From Candidatus Electronema aureum (GTDB lineage Bacteria > Desulfobacterota > Desulfobulbia > Desulfobulbales > Desulfobulbaceae), in assembly GCA_004284765.1 (NCBI GenBank), contig NQJD01000006.1, positions 74,206 through 106,205 on the forward strand: a stretch of DNA of 32,000 nucleotides. The letters run 5' to 3'. The position numbers and the translations under genes were made by a program. A model generated the notes under the pieces. It saw only the letters and a list, made by a program, of their open reading frames with translations, was not told the origin of the DNA and did no database searches. Position 1 is the first letter of the stretch. Each line of letters starts with the position of its first letter. Positions 1 to 8,667 of the stretch are shown here, piece by piece.

Positions 1-1
1 A

Positions 2-76
2 GCTCGCAGCATTCAGCCTGCGGAAAGCGGAAACGTAGTCAGTAAACTGAAAAATTTTCTGAAAAATATTATTTAG
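2..76 (+). CDS. ftsA: FtsA C-terminal fragment (gene continues upstream of the window)
   Basis: Frame 2 is open from the window edge and reads ARSIQPAESGNVVSKLKNFLKNII, with stop TAG at 74-76. The basic/hydrophobic KLKNFLKNII tail resembles the FtsA C-terminal amphipathic membrane-targeting helix. Its position directly upstream of ftsZ fits dcw-cluster synteny. Only 24 codons are visible. Confidence 0.5.
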   Translation, partial: ARSIQPAESGNVVSKLKNFLKNII

Positions 77-162
77 AAAATCTGAAAAAGAATTGAGCGG
101 CAAGCGGAGCAGCGGTACAATGAATTTCATTGATGCAGCGGAAAAGGCTTGAGGGGAATGGC

Positions 163-1362
163 ATGTCATATCGAATGGCAGAAGAAAAGGCAGTAGCGAC
201 GATCAAAGTGATCGGGGTCGGCGGCGGCGGCGGTAATGCCATCAACACGATGGTGGAACACCGGTTAGCCGGAGTACAGTTCATTGTTGCCAATACGGAC
301 ATGCAGGCTCTGGAAAAATCAAGGGCGGACATCCGTATTCAGCTGGGGCCAACCGTGACCAAAGGCATGGGCGCAGGTGCTGATCCTGAGATGGGCAGGA
401 GGGCTGCCGAAGAAAGTTTGGAAGACCTGAGCAACGCCATCGAGGATGCAGATATGGTCTTTGTCACCGCTGGTCTTGGTGGTGGCACAGGCACTGGAGC
501 TGCACCGGTAATTGCTGGACTTGCCAAGGGAAAAGGCGCGTTGACCGTTGCAGTTGTCACCAAGCCCTTTTATTTTGAAGCCAAGAAGCGGATGCGCAAC
601 GCTGAAGCGGGCTGGGAAGAGCTGAAGAAGAACGCAGACACTATCATCACCGTGCCGAACGACCGACTGCTCGGCCTGATGCAGAAAAACTCCACGATGG
701 TGGAGATGATGAAGATGGTCGATGATGTCCTTCTGCAAGCGGTCAAGGGCATCACCGACCTGATTAATCTGCCTGGTCATATCAACGTTGACTTTGCCGA
801 CCTCAAAACGGTCATGAAGGAAGTCGGCCCGGCAATCATGGGTTCTGGCTCCGCTTCCGGCGAAAATCGTGCTGCTGAGGCCGCTAAACGGGCCATTGAC
901 AACCAGCTACTGGAAGACGTGGGCATCGACGGGGCACTCGGTATTCTGATCAACATCTCCGCCACCAGTACCATGACCATGAACGAGTTCATGGAGGCTT
1001 CTGCCTTAATTCAGGATAAGGCGCACGAAGATGCCAATATCATCATCGGTGCGCTTTTCGACGAAAACATGGGCGACGAGCTGCGAGTGACGGTGATCGC
1101 TACCGGCATTTCTCGGCGCGAGGAAGGCGAGACCATCTCCGAGTTAGATGCAGTGGGGCGAGCTGGACGTAAAAACCTCAAACAGCAACCAGCAGCAGAG
1201 CCAGAGCGCATTCTCCAAGAGCCGGAACATCGAGCTGTGAGCTTTGCTCGGCCTAATCCCGTGCCGAAAGGTATCCGGCCTATGCCCACTCCCGTCTTTG
1301 ACGATCAAAACGATCTGGCTGAATGGGACGAACCGGCCTACATTCGCAAAAAATCCAACTGA
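163..1362 (+). CDS. ftsZ: Cell division GTPase FtsZ
   Basis: ORF 130..1362 carries [15 protein letters not shown], the tubulin signature [11 protein letters not shown], and a C-terminal conserved peptide EPAYIRKK. I moved the start to ATG 163, which has GAGGGG 6 nt upstream. TTG 130 and ATG 175 remain possible. Confidence 0.97.
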   Translation: MSYRMAEEKAVATIKVIGVGGGGGNAINTMVEHRLAGVQFIVANTDMQALEKSRADIRIQLGPTVTKGMGAGADPEMGRRAAEESLEDLSNAIEDADMVFVTAGLGGGTGTGAAPVIAGLAKGKGALTVAVVTKPFYFEAKKRMRNAEAGWEELKKNADTIITVPNDRLLGLMQKNSTMVEMMKMVDDVLLQAVKGITDLINLPGHINVDFADLKTVMKEVGPAIMGSGSASGENRAAEAAKRAIDNQLLEDVGIDGALGILINISATSTMTMNEFMEASALIQDKAHEDANIIIGALFDENMGDELRVTVIATGISRREEGETISELDAVGRAGRKNLKQQPAAEPERILQEPEHRAVSFARPNPVPKGIRPMPTPVFDDQNDLAEWDEPAYIRKKSN

Positions 1363-1392
1363 GCCGCAGTCGGCTGATTCAGCGGTTTTTTC

Positions 1393-3126
1393 TTGCATCC
1401 CCTGCTGGCAGCGGAGACTGGCACAGTCCGCAAAAAATGGAAGGGCCGCCTGCCTGCGGCCCTGCTTTATCCCAACACCTATCCTTTAGCAGTCTCCAAT
1501 CTCGGCTTTCAGCTCGTTTATCGCTTGCTGAACCGCTTTGATCATCTTGTCTGCGAACGCTTTGTCTATCCGCAGGGAGAGGAGCCGTTCCGCTCGCTGG
1601 AATCCGACCGTCTTCTCTCCGATTTTCCCCTGATTTTTGGCTCAATCAGCTTTGAGCAGGATTACCCTCGCTTGGCTGCCATGCTCGCTGCTGGAGGAAT
1701 TGCGCCTTATGCTGCCGACCGCAGCAACTTGGTTACTACCGGAAACCCACTCGTCATTTTGGGTGGAGTTGGAGTATTCATGAATCCAGAACCGCTGGCT
1801 CGCTTTGCCGATTTAATGGTGATCGGTGAGGCTGAAGTGGTTTTGCCGCAGCTGCTGACTGAACTCGCTACGACCAGCAACCGACAGGAATTGCTGCACC
1901 GTATTGGCGCAACGATTCCCGGTTGTTATGTGCCAAGTGGCTACAGTTTTCGTTATGATAACGACGACGGGCGGGTGTTGGATATCGCTGTTGATTCTGG
2001 CTTACCCCAGCGGGTGCGCCGAGCCGTGCTGCAAACCACTGACCGGGCCGCGCATTCTGAGCTGCTCTCACCAGAAGCTGAACTGGGCATGTATATGACC
2101 GAGCTGGGCCGTGGCTGTAGCCGTGGTTGCCGCTTCTGCGCCGCTGGATTCATCTATCGTCCGCCCCGGCTTTGGGATGCGGATGCGGTTTTAGCTGGTT
2201 TAGCCGAGCGGCCTGATGGCGTTGACCGTGCTGGTTTGCTCGGCATGGAAATGGCTGACTCGGCGACGCTGGATCAGATCGCCGCCTTCTTGACCGAAAC
2301 CGGTTGTGCCCTCTCCTTTTCTTCGCTGCGTGCTGACCGAATTTCCCCGCGCCTGCTGGAGCTGCTCTCTCGCTCTCAGTTGAAATCAGCGGCTATTGCG
2401 CCAGACGGCTGTTCGCAACGGCTGCGCCAAGTGATCAACAAAGGGCTGGCCGAAGAAGATTTGCTTGCGGCGGCGGCGGCCTTGGCTGAGGCGGGCATTT
2501 TCACTCTCAAGTTATATGTAATGATTGGCCTGCCCACAGAAACCCAGCAAGACCTTGACGAGCTGATCGACTTAGTGCGCAAAGTCCGGGATTGCATCTT
2601 GCCCATCGGCAGAAAGAAAGGACGGGTCTGCGAGATCGTCCTCTCGGTCAATAGCTTTGTGCCGAAGCCGTGGACACCTTTCCAATATCTCTCCTTTGGC
2701 GGCTTGAACGATGATGAGGTGTTACGCGACCAAAGCGAAAAAAACGCCCTACTGCGGCTGAATAACACCATCAGGCAGCTCAAAACCGCGCTCGCAGGGA
2801 TAGATAATCTCCAGTTCAAAGCTGATCGGCCTGAAACTGTGCTACCACAAGCGGTCTTTGCCCGTGCTGATCGCCGCATCGCTCCGGTGCTTTTGGATAT
2901 CGGTACGGGTAAATCTTCTTTCAAACAGGCGATGAAGGCGCATGGCCTGACCGCTTGGCAATACGCTATCCGGCCCAAAACGGCAGACGAGCTGTTTTGC
3001 TGGGAAGTGCTTGATCAAGGGATCAAGAAGGACTATCTGCACCGCGAGCTGGAAAAGGCTCTGCGGGCTGAAGCAACTCCACCCTGCGATACATCACGCT
3101 GCCGCCGTTGCGGGGTGTGTCAATAG
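1393..3126 (+). CDS. Radical SAM protein with N-terminal B12-binding-like domain (TIGR03960-like family, function unknown)
   Basis: A 577-aa ORF with the CxxxCxxC motif GCSRGCRFCAAG. The N-terminus (KKWKGRLPAALLYPNTYPLAVSNLGFQLVY) resembles the start of the uncharacterised fused radical-SAM family. There is an extra C-terminal Cys cluster CDTSRCRRCGVC. The start is TTG with no nearby ATG, so its position is uncertain. Confidence 0.85.
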   Translation: MHPLLAAETGTVRKKWKGRLPAALLYPNTYPLAVSNLGFQLVYRLLNRFDHLVCERFVYPQGEEPFRSLESDRLLSDFPLIFGSISFEQDYPRLAAMLAAGGIAPYAADRSNLVTTGNPLVILGGVGVFMNPEPLARFADLMVIGEAEVVLPQLLTELATTSNRQELLHRIGATIPGCYVPSGYSFRYDNDDGRVLDIAVDSGLPQRVRRAVLQTTDRAAHSELLSPEAELGMYMTELGRGCSRGCRFCAAGFIYRPPRLWDADAVLAGLAERPDGVDRAGLLGMEMADSATLDQIAAFLTETGCALSFSSLRADRISPRLLELLSRSQLKSAAIAPDGCSQRLRQVINKGLAEEDLLAAAAALAEAGIFTLKLYVMIGLPTETQQDLDELIDLVRKVRDCILPIGRKKGRVCEIVLSVNSFVPKPWTPFQYLSFGGLNDDEVLRDQSEKNALLRLNNTIRQLKTALAGIDNLQFKADRPETVLPQAVFARADRRIAPVLLDIGTGKSSFKQAMKAHGLTAWQYAIRPKTADELFCWEVLDQGIKKDYLHRELEKALRAEATPPCDTSRCRRCGVCQ

Positions 3127-3170
3127 ACCTAAATCACTGACTATCAACGAATATCTTTGCAGTTAAAAGT

Positions 3171-3818
3171 TTAGCTCTTTCCTAATCTATTCAGCGGACA
3201 GTCCTCACATTTTGGTTTTGACTTGCCGCAAAATTTCTTGCCCACTCGGACCAGTAGCGCGTGATATTCGTTGAATAAGGCTACATCTTCTTTCAGATTA
3301 TCCATAAACAAATCCTGAATCTGGAAATAGTCCGAGTCTTCAGAAATCAGCTCGTGGCGCATCAAAATGCGGTTAGTATAGGTATCGACAACAAAGATAG
3401 GCTTGCTTGCCGCATACAGGACGATGGAATCAGCGGTCTCTGGTCCGATACCTTTCACTGCCAGCAGCAGCTCTCGCAGCGCGGTAGTCGGCTGATTCAG
3501 TAAATCTTCCACGCCGCCTTGTTCCTTAATCAAGGCAAGCAAGTTCTTTAGCCGAGCTGCCTTGAGATTGTGATACCCAGCTGGACGGATATATTCAGCT
3601 AAAGTCTCCAGCGGTAGGGCGGATAGGGCTGCTGGAGAAAGCAGCTCTGCCGCCTTTAGGTTAGCAATTGCTTTCTCGACGTTGCACCAGTTGGTGTTTT
3701 GGGTAAGGACAGCACCTATCATCACCTCAAAGGGACTGTCGCCGGGCCACCAGTGCTGCGGGCCAAAATGCGCCAGCAACCGGTTGTAGATTTCTTGCAG
3801 AGCTGCTGAAGCACGCAC
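3171..3818 (-). CDS. Endonuclease III-related HhH-GPD DNA glycosylase family protein
   Basis: A 215-aa ORF. GAVLTQNTNW and the helix-hairpin-helix LLAVKGIGPETADSIVLYA are typical of the endonuclease-III-related (COG2231-type) family. The C-terminal CGKSKPKCEDC supplies only three of the usual four Fe-S cysteines before the stop. The GTG start lies 3 nt after the pfk stop. Confidence 0.8.
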   Translation of the reverse strand: MRASAALQEIYNRLLAHFGPQHWWPGDSPFEVMIGAVLTQNTNWCNVEKAIANLKAAELLSPAALSALPLETLAEYIRPAGYHNLKAARLKNLLALIKEQGGVEDLLNQPTTALRELLLAVKGIGPETADSIVLYAASKPIFVVDTYTNRILMRHELISEDSDYFQIQDLFMDNLKEDVALFNEYHALLVRVGKKFCGKSKPKCEDCPLNRLGKS

Positions 3819-3821
3819 GGC

Positions 3822-4913
3822 CTACTCTCCGTCGCCGAGGCAGATGCCGATGGAGCGAGCGGTCAACACCTTGTCGCTGGCCGGATCAACCTGCTTGCGG
3901 CGGCGGATGGCCTCCTCAAGCGGCACAGCAGACATAGTCGGCGGTGTCCAAGCCACCATGTGATCGAACTGGCCAGCCTCAGCCATCCGTACAGCTGCTC
4001 CGCCGAAACGAAGGGCCAGTAGGCGGTCAAAAGTAGTAGGCGAGCCGCCTCGTTGCAAATGGCCTAACACTAAAGAGCGGGTATCTTTGCCGATGCGCTG
4101 CCGAATTTCCTCAGCCACCCATTCGCCAATACCGCCGAGCAACATCTCGGCCCTCCCAGCCTCACCTTTACCTCGGTTCATCACCTGACCGCCTTGCGCC
4201 TTGGCTCCTTCCGCCACCACCACGATAGAATAATGCTTGCCGTGCAGCTCGTTCTCAGTGATCTTCCGGCAGACTGCCTCCATATCAAAGGGAATTTCTG
4301 GCAACAAAATTACGTCTGCACCGCCGGAAATGCCGGAATACAGCGCAATCCAGCCGGATTCACGGCCCATGACCTCTACAACCATCACTCGGTCGTGCGA
4401 CTTAGCGGTAGAATGCAGTTTGTCGAGGGCTTCGGTAGCGGTCGATACAGCGGTGTCAAAGCCAAAAGTGCGGTCAGTGGCCTCTAAATCGTTATCAATG
4501 GTCTTGGGTACGCCGATCACGGGCATTCCCATCAAGGCAAAACGATGGGCGATGTCGAGGCTGCCGTCGCCGCCGATAGCAATGTGGCAATCAAAACCCA
4601 TCCGCCGAAAGCTGGCCATAACTCGCTCGGAAACATCAACAATCTGCACCTCACCCGCCAAATTTGGCACTGGCATGGCAAAGGGATTACCCTTGTTGGT
4701 GGTGCCGAGAATAGTGCCGCCGATGGGGGTGATACCCTCCACATCGTCCGAGGTTAGGCGTACCAGTTCGTCTGGGTCAAGAAAACCCTTGTAACCGTGT
4801 TTGCTACCATAAACCTCCCAGCCAAGCCGAGAGGCTGATTTCACGACTGCAAAAATAACCGCATTCAGGCCGGGCGCATCGCCGCCGCCGGTGGAAATTA
4901 CTATCTTGCGCAT
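3822..4913 (-). CDS. pfkA: ATP-dependent 6-phosphofructokinase
   Basis: Motifs TGGGDAPGLNAV, IGGDGS (Gly rather than Asp, so the ATP-type), PKTIDND and MGRESG. I trimmed the start from 4991 to ATG 4913 (MRKIVISTGGGD), the canonical PFK N-terminus. Confidence 0.9.
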   Translation of the reverse strand: MRKIVISTGGGDAPGLNAVIFAVVKSASRLGWEVYGSKHGYKGFLDPDELVRLTSDDVEGITPIGGTILGTTNKGNPFAMPVPNLAGEVQIVDVSERVMASFRRMGFDCHIAIGGDGSLDIAHRFALMGMPVIGVPKTIDNDLEATDRTFGFDTAVSTATEALDKLHSTAKSHDRVMVVEVMGRESGWIALYSGISGGADVILLPEIPFDMEAVCRKITENELHGKHYSIVVVAEGAKAQGGQVMNRGKGEAGRAEMLLGGIGEWVAEEIRQRIGKDTRSLVLGHLQRGGSPTTFDRLLALRFGGAAVRMAEAGQFDHMVAWTPPTMSAVPLEEAIRRRKQVDPASDKVLTARSIGICLGDGE

Positions 4914-5143
4914 GGTTGATCCTGTCTGTTGTTGTTGAAAAAGGTGCTGCCGTCTATCTGAAATAGTACGGGCAGTGCGGCAGCTTTGCAACGTTTTTCA
5001 AAACCTTCAAAAGGCTCATCTCCTAAACTTTCAAAAAAGTAATCGCACGTGAGAATAAATCTCATTAAAAAATCCATCACCCATTGACTTATCAGCGCGG
5101 AAGCCGTACCATAAAAATAAGCCACAAATCCTCCTTTGATCAT

Positions 5144-5181
5144 CCCCCTGCCTCTTCACTGGACAGGGGGATATCTTTTTA
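5144..5181 (+). terminator. Terminator-like hairpin plus T-run with no upstream plus-strand gene
   Basis: CCCCCTG (5144-5150) pairs with CAGGGGG (5164-5170), extendable by 2 bp with one bulge, and is followed by ATATCTTTTTAT. It resembles an intrinsic terminator on the + strand only. See the related finding. Confidence 0.35.
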
Positions 5182-5318
5182 TGCAAAACGGACAGCTTGA
5201 ACACTGTCATGAAACCTTGCCATCAGCAAGAGGTTCATGGTACCTTGCAGGTTGATTGCGTAGTCTATTTATCAACGTCCTTTTTCAAAGCATACACTGC
5301 CATTCTCCTGCTGAAAAA

Positions 5319-5987
5319 ATGATGAAAAAATTGATGATTGCTCCCTCTATCCTCTCTGCCGATTTTTCTCGGCTCGGTGAAGAAATTCGGGCGGTTGAGG
5401 CCGCTGGTGCTGAAGTGATTCATATCGACGTGATGGACGGCCATTTTGTGCCGAATATCACCATCGGCCCATTGGTAGTCAAAGCGGTGCGAAAAATCAC
5501 CACGTTGCCACTTGATGTTCATTTGATGATTACGGAACCTGATAGGTACATTAAAGATTTCGCCGAAGCTGGAGCGGACTGGATCACCGTCCATGCCGAG
5601 GTGTGCGTTCATCTCCACCGCAGCCTGAATTACATCCGCAGTCTCGGCAAAAAGGCAGGCGCAGTGCTAAATCCGGCCACACCGCTTTCGGCTTTGGACT
5701 ACGTGCTGGAAGAGCTTGATCTGGTTATGCTAATGAGCGTCAATCCCGGTTTCGGTGGCCAATCCTTCATTGAATCGACGCTGGGCAAATGCCGGAAATT
5801 GCGGGCCATGCTCGATGAGGTCAACCCAGCAGCGGGCATCGAGATCGACGGCGGCATCAGCCCTAAGACGATCAAAACAATGGCTGAGGCCGGGGCTAAT
5901 ATTTTTGTTGCTGGTTCAGCCATCTACGGGCAACCGGATTATGCAGCAGTCATCCGTGAGATGAAGGCATTAGCCAATTTTAAATAA
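5319..5987 (+). CDS. rpe: Ribulose-phosphate 3-epimerase
   Basis: APSILSADF, HIDVMDGHFVPN, NPGFGGQ and EIDGG are all classic Rpe motifs. I trimmed the start from TTG 5256 to ATG 5319 (MMKKLMIAPSIL). Confidence 0.95.
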   Translation: MMKKLMIAPSILSADFSRLGEEIRAVEAAGAEVIHIDVMDGHFVPNITIGPLVVKAVRKITTLPLDVHLMITEPDRYIKDFAEAGADWITVHAEVCVHLHRSLNYIRSLGKKAGAVLNPATPLSALDYVLEELDLVMLMSVNPGFGGQSFIESTLGKCRKLRAMLDEVNPAAGIEIDGGISPKTIKTMAEAGANIFVAGSAIYGQPDYAAVIREMKALANFK

Positions 5988-5988
5988 A

Positions 5989-6264
5989 ATGACCCTGCTG
6001 GAGCGGTATCAGCACTGGGGCGAGATCGTGATGCGGATTTTCCGCTTTGATCTCCAAGCGCATTTTTTCTGGGGCTTTGCGCTCACCCTGCTGGGCGTGT
6101 ACTGGCCACCGCTTTATCTCTCTGGCATTGTGGTGAATGTGGCCAAAGAAGCACTTGATCTCTGGAGCAAAAAACTTTGGAGCTGGGACGACGTGCTGTT
6201 GGGTATCGCTGGTTCGCTGGCTGCATTTGGTTATCTGTATTCACAAAATCTGCTGATCTATTAG
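5989..6264 (+). CDS. Small hypothetical membrane protein (about 2-3 hydrophobic segments)
   Basis: A 91-aa ORF whose ATG lies 1 nt after the rpe stop, suggesting coupling. Hydrophobic stretches are FFWGFALTLLGVYWPPLYLSGIVV and VLLGIAGSLAAFGYLY. I recognise no family. Confidence 0.5.
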   Translation: MTLLERYQHWGEIVMRIFRFDLQAHFFWGFALTLLGVYWPPLYLSGIVVNVAKEALDLWSKKLWSWDDVLLGIAGSLAAFGYLYSQNLLIY

Positions 6265-6291
6265 ATATCCTGCGTAATCACGACTCAAAGT

Positions 6292-6927
6292 ATGTCTCAC
6301 GTGTTCCGCGTCTTTGCCTCCTCATTAGGCAAAAAATATATCATGGCTCTAACCGGGCTGCTGCTCGGTGGTTTCCTACTGGTTCATGCGGCAGGAAACA
6401 GTCTGATTTTCCAAGGCCGCGAGGCATTCACTGCTTACGCTGAACACCTGCATTCATTTCGCCTGATTCTACCAACAGCGGGTTTGCTGCTGCTGGCTAT
6501 TTTTTTACTACATATCGTCACTGGTATCAGCCTGTTTTTGAGCAACCGAAAGGCTCAAGGTCACAGATACGCAGTCAGCAAGTCTGCTACCGAGACGCAG
6601 GCGTGGATTGCACGCACCATGCCTGCCACCGGGACTACCGTGCTGGCATTTCTTCTTCTGCATCTTGGCACAGTGCATTTTGCTGACCAAGCTGTGCCGC
6701 TGGCAGACAGAATCAGTCAAACACTTACTGATCCCTTGCTGGCTGTACTTTATGCCGTCGGGATAGCAGCTTTAGCCTTGCATATCAGCCACGGATTTTG
6801 GTCACTGACGCAGACATTTGGAATTAATCACCCCAGATATAATGGGTTAATCAAAATCTGCACGTATTTAGTAGTTATCTTGGTGAGTAGTCTTTTCATT
6901 GGTATCATGTTTTCTTTTAGAAGATAA
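6292..6927 (+). CDS. Dihaem cytochrome b, succinate dehydrogenase/fumarate reductase b558-type subunit-like
   Basis: A 211-aa ORF with five predicted TM helices. The N-terminus (SSLGKKYIMALTGLLLGGFLLVHAAGN) is typical of type-B SdhC/FrdC. Four candidate haem-ligand His sit in TM helices (LVHAAGN, LLHIVTG, LLHLGTVH, ALHISHGFWS). No flavoprotein or Fe-S subunit gene is adjacent. Confidence 0.75.
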   Translation: MSHVFRVFASSLGKKYIMALTGLLLGGFLLVHAAGNSLIFQGREAFTAYAEHLHSFRLILPTAGLLLLAIFLLHIVTGISLFLSNRKAQGHRYAVSKSATETQAWIARTMPATGTTVLAFLLLHLGTVHFADQAVPLADRISQTLTDPLLAVLYAVGIAALALHISHGFWSLTQTFGINHPRYNGLIKICTYLVVILVSSLFIGIMFSFRR

Positions 6928-6930
6928 TCT

Positions 6931-8211
6931 GTGCTTGCACGCAACCTCACCGACTTTGACCAGCAGCACATCTGGCATCCCTATACCTCGATGATCGAGC
7001 CGCTGCCCGTTTATCCGGTACAATCGGCTAACGGGGTGCGTATCCGGCTTTGTGATGGTCGCGAGCTGATCGACGGCATGTCCTCTTGGTGGGCGGCTAT
7101 TCACGGTTATAATCACCCAGTGTTGAACGCAGCTCTCTGCGCCCAAGCGGAGAAAATGGCCCATGTGATGTTTGGTGGTTTGACTCACGAACCAGCAATA
7201 GAACTGTGCCGTCTGCTGGTCGAATTGACTCCTGTTGGTTTAGATAAAGTCTTTCTCTGTGATTCAGGCTCAGTGGCCGTTGAAGTTGCTCTAAAAATGG
7301 CGGTGCAATATCAGCAGGCAAAAAAGTTACCGAAAAAGTGCCGTTTTCTCACTGTACGCGGTGGTTATCACGGCGACACCTTGCACGCCATGTCCGTCTG
7401 CGACCCAATCACCGGGATGCACAGTCTGTTTGCTCATGTCTTGCCCCAGCAATTTTTCGCCCCGCGTCCGCACTGTCGCTTCGCTGCCGACTGGCAGATA
7501 GAGGACATCGCAGAAATAGCCGCGCTACTGACTCAACATCACGAGAAAATTGCAGCGGTGATCATTGAGCCAATCGTTCAAGGTGCTGGTGGAATGTGGT
7601 TTTATCATTCCCAGTATCTGCGCGAGCTGCGCCAGCTCTGTGATCACTTCGATGTCCTGTTGATCTTTGATGAAATCGCCACTGGCTTTGGTCGCACGGG
7701 CAAATTATTTGCTGCGGAACACGCCGGAATTAGCCCGGATATTCTCTGTCTCGGCAAGGCTCTGACGGGTGGCTACATGACTCTTGCTGCCACCCTTTGC
7801 ACCGACCACGTGGCTCGTACTCTCTCTCAAGGTGAGCCGGGCCTGTTTATGCACGGCCCCACTTTTATGGGCAATCCGCTGGCCTGCGCGGTGGCGGTGG
7901 CTTCGATCAAGCTGCTGCTGCAAAGCAATTGGCAGGAGAAAATTGCGGCCATTGAGCGACAGCTACGGCAGGAGTTAGAAGCCGCCCGATGGTGCAAGCA
8001 GGTCGCGGAGGTGCGGGTACTGGGGGCTATCGGCGTGATCGAGATGCAGCAGTCGGTGAATATGGCCGCGTTACAAAAGTTTTTTGTCGAGCAAGGCGTG
8101 TGGATTCGACCCTTTGGTCGACTGATTTACCTCATGCCGCCGTACATCATCAGCGCGGCGGATTTGACTGAGCTGACCCGCGCCGCTGTTATCGCCGCTG
8201 GTTCTTCTTGA
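6931..8211 (+). CDS. bioA: Adenosylmethionine-8-amino-7-oxononanoate aminotransferase
   Basis: A 426-aa ORF with [44 protein letters not shown] and the PLP-lysine region [12 protein letters not shown]. The GTG start is 3 nt after the upstream stop. Confidence 0.95.
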   Translation: MLARNLTDFDQQHIWHPYTSMIEPLPVYPVQSANGVRIRLCDGRELIDGMSSWWAAIHGYNHPVLNAALCAQAEKMAHVMFGGLTHEPAIELCRLLVELTPVGLDKVFLCDSGSVAVEVALKMAVQYQQAKKLPKKCRFLTVRGGYHGDTLHAMSVCDPITGMHSLFAHVLPQQFFAPRPHCRFAADWQIEDIAEIAALLTQHHEKIAAVIIEPIVQGAGGMWFYHSQYLRELRQLCDHFDVLLIFDEIATGFGRTGKLFAAEHAGISPDILCLGKALTGGYMTLAATLCTDHVARTLSQGEPGLFMHGPTFMGNPLACAVAVASIKLLLQSNWQEKIAAIERQLRQELEAARWCKQVAEVRVLGAIGVIEMQQSVNMAALQKFFVEQGVWIRPFGRLIYLMPPYIISAADLTELTRAAVIAAGSS

Positions 8212-8214
8212 AGA

Positions 8215-8664
8215 GTGGAAGCGGATATTGTAAAATTCACGCACGTTTTTTTATCTCTTCAGCAGACGGCAGGCATCGTGAATACAGGCATTCGTCGATT
8301 TACCCGGGTGAATTTCAACCAAAGTGTGCAGCTGGATTTCGGGAAACGGAACTATGAGCAGCAGATTGTCTGTAATCTCAGCCTTGGCGGTCTCTGCGTC
8401 AAGGGGCAGTTTGAGCAAAAAGTTGGCGATGTTTGCAAAATAGCTATGCGAGAGGCTGGTGTTTCTGGTCCGCCGGTGAATTTTCAGGCTAAAGGCGTGG
8501 CGGTTTGGGTTAACGGCGAGAGCATGGCTATAGAATTCACCGAAATGGAATACGACAGCTTTCTTTTCCTCCAGACCGCGTTGCTTTATCAGGCTGATGA
8601 TCCGTTGTTGCTGGGTACCGAATTTTGCCGAGATGTCGCCTTTAATGTGCTGGAGGAAGAATAA
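8215..8664 (+). CDS. PilZ domain protein (putative c-di-GMP receptor)
   Basis: A 149-aa ORF with the RxxxR motif RRFTR followed about 25 aa later by the (D/N)xSxxG motif NLSLGG. The GTG start is 3 nt after the bioA stop and its exact position is uncertain. Confidence 0.7.
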   Translation: MEADIVKFTHVFLSLQQTAGIVNTGIRRFTRVNFNQSVQLDFGKRNYEQQIVCNLSLGGLCVKGQFEQKVGDVCKIAMREAGVSGPPVNFQAKGVAVWVNGESMAIEFTEMEYDSFLFLQTALLYQADDPLLLGTEFCRDVAFNVLEEE

Positions 8665-8667
8665 GGG

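Noticed and set aside
1363-1392. An intrinsic terminator after ftsZ (GCCGCAGTCGGCTGATTCAGCGGTTTTTT).
   Set aside because: Only 4-5-bp stems can be drawn before the T-run, and the next gene starts at 1393. This is too weak to call.
4901-5143. An 80-aa minus-strand ORF upstream of and overlapping the pfk start.
   Set aside because: It lies in the AT-rich divergent spacer. It has odd composition and no homology I recognise, and it overlaps the pfk start by 13 nt. A weak AGAGG precedes it, so it is not fully excluded.
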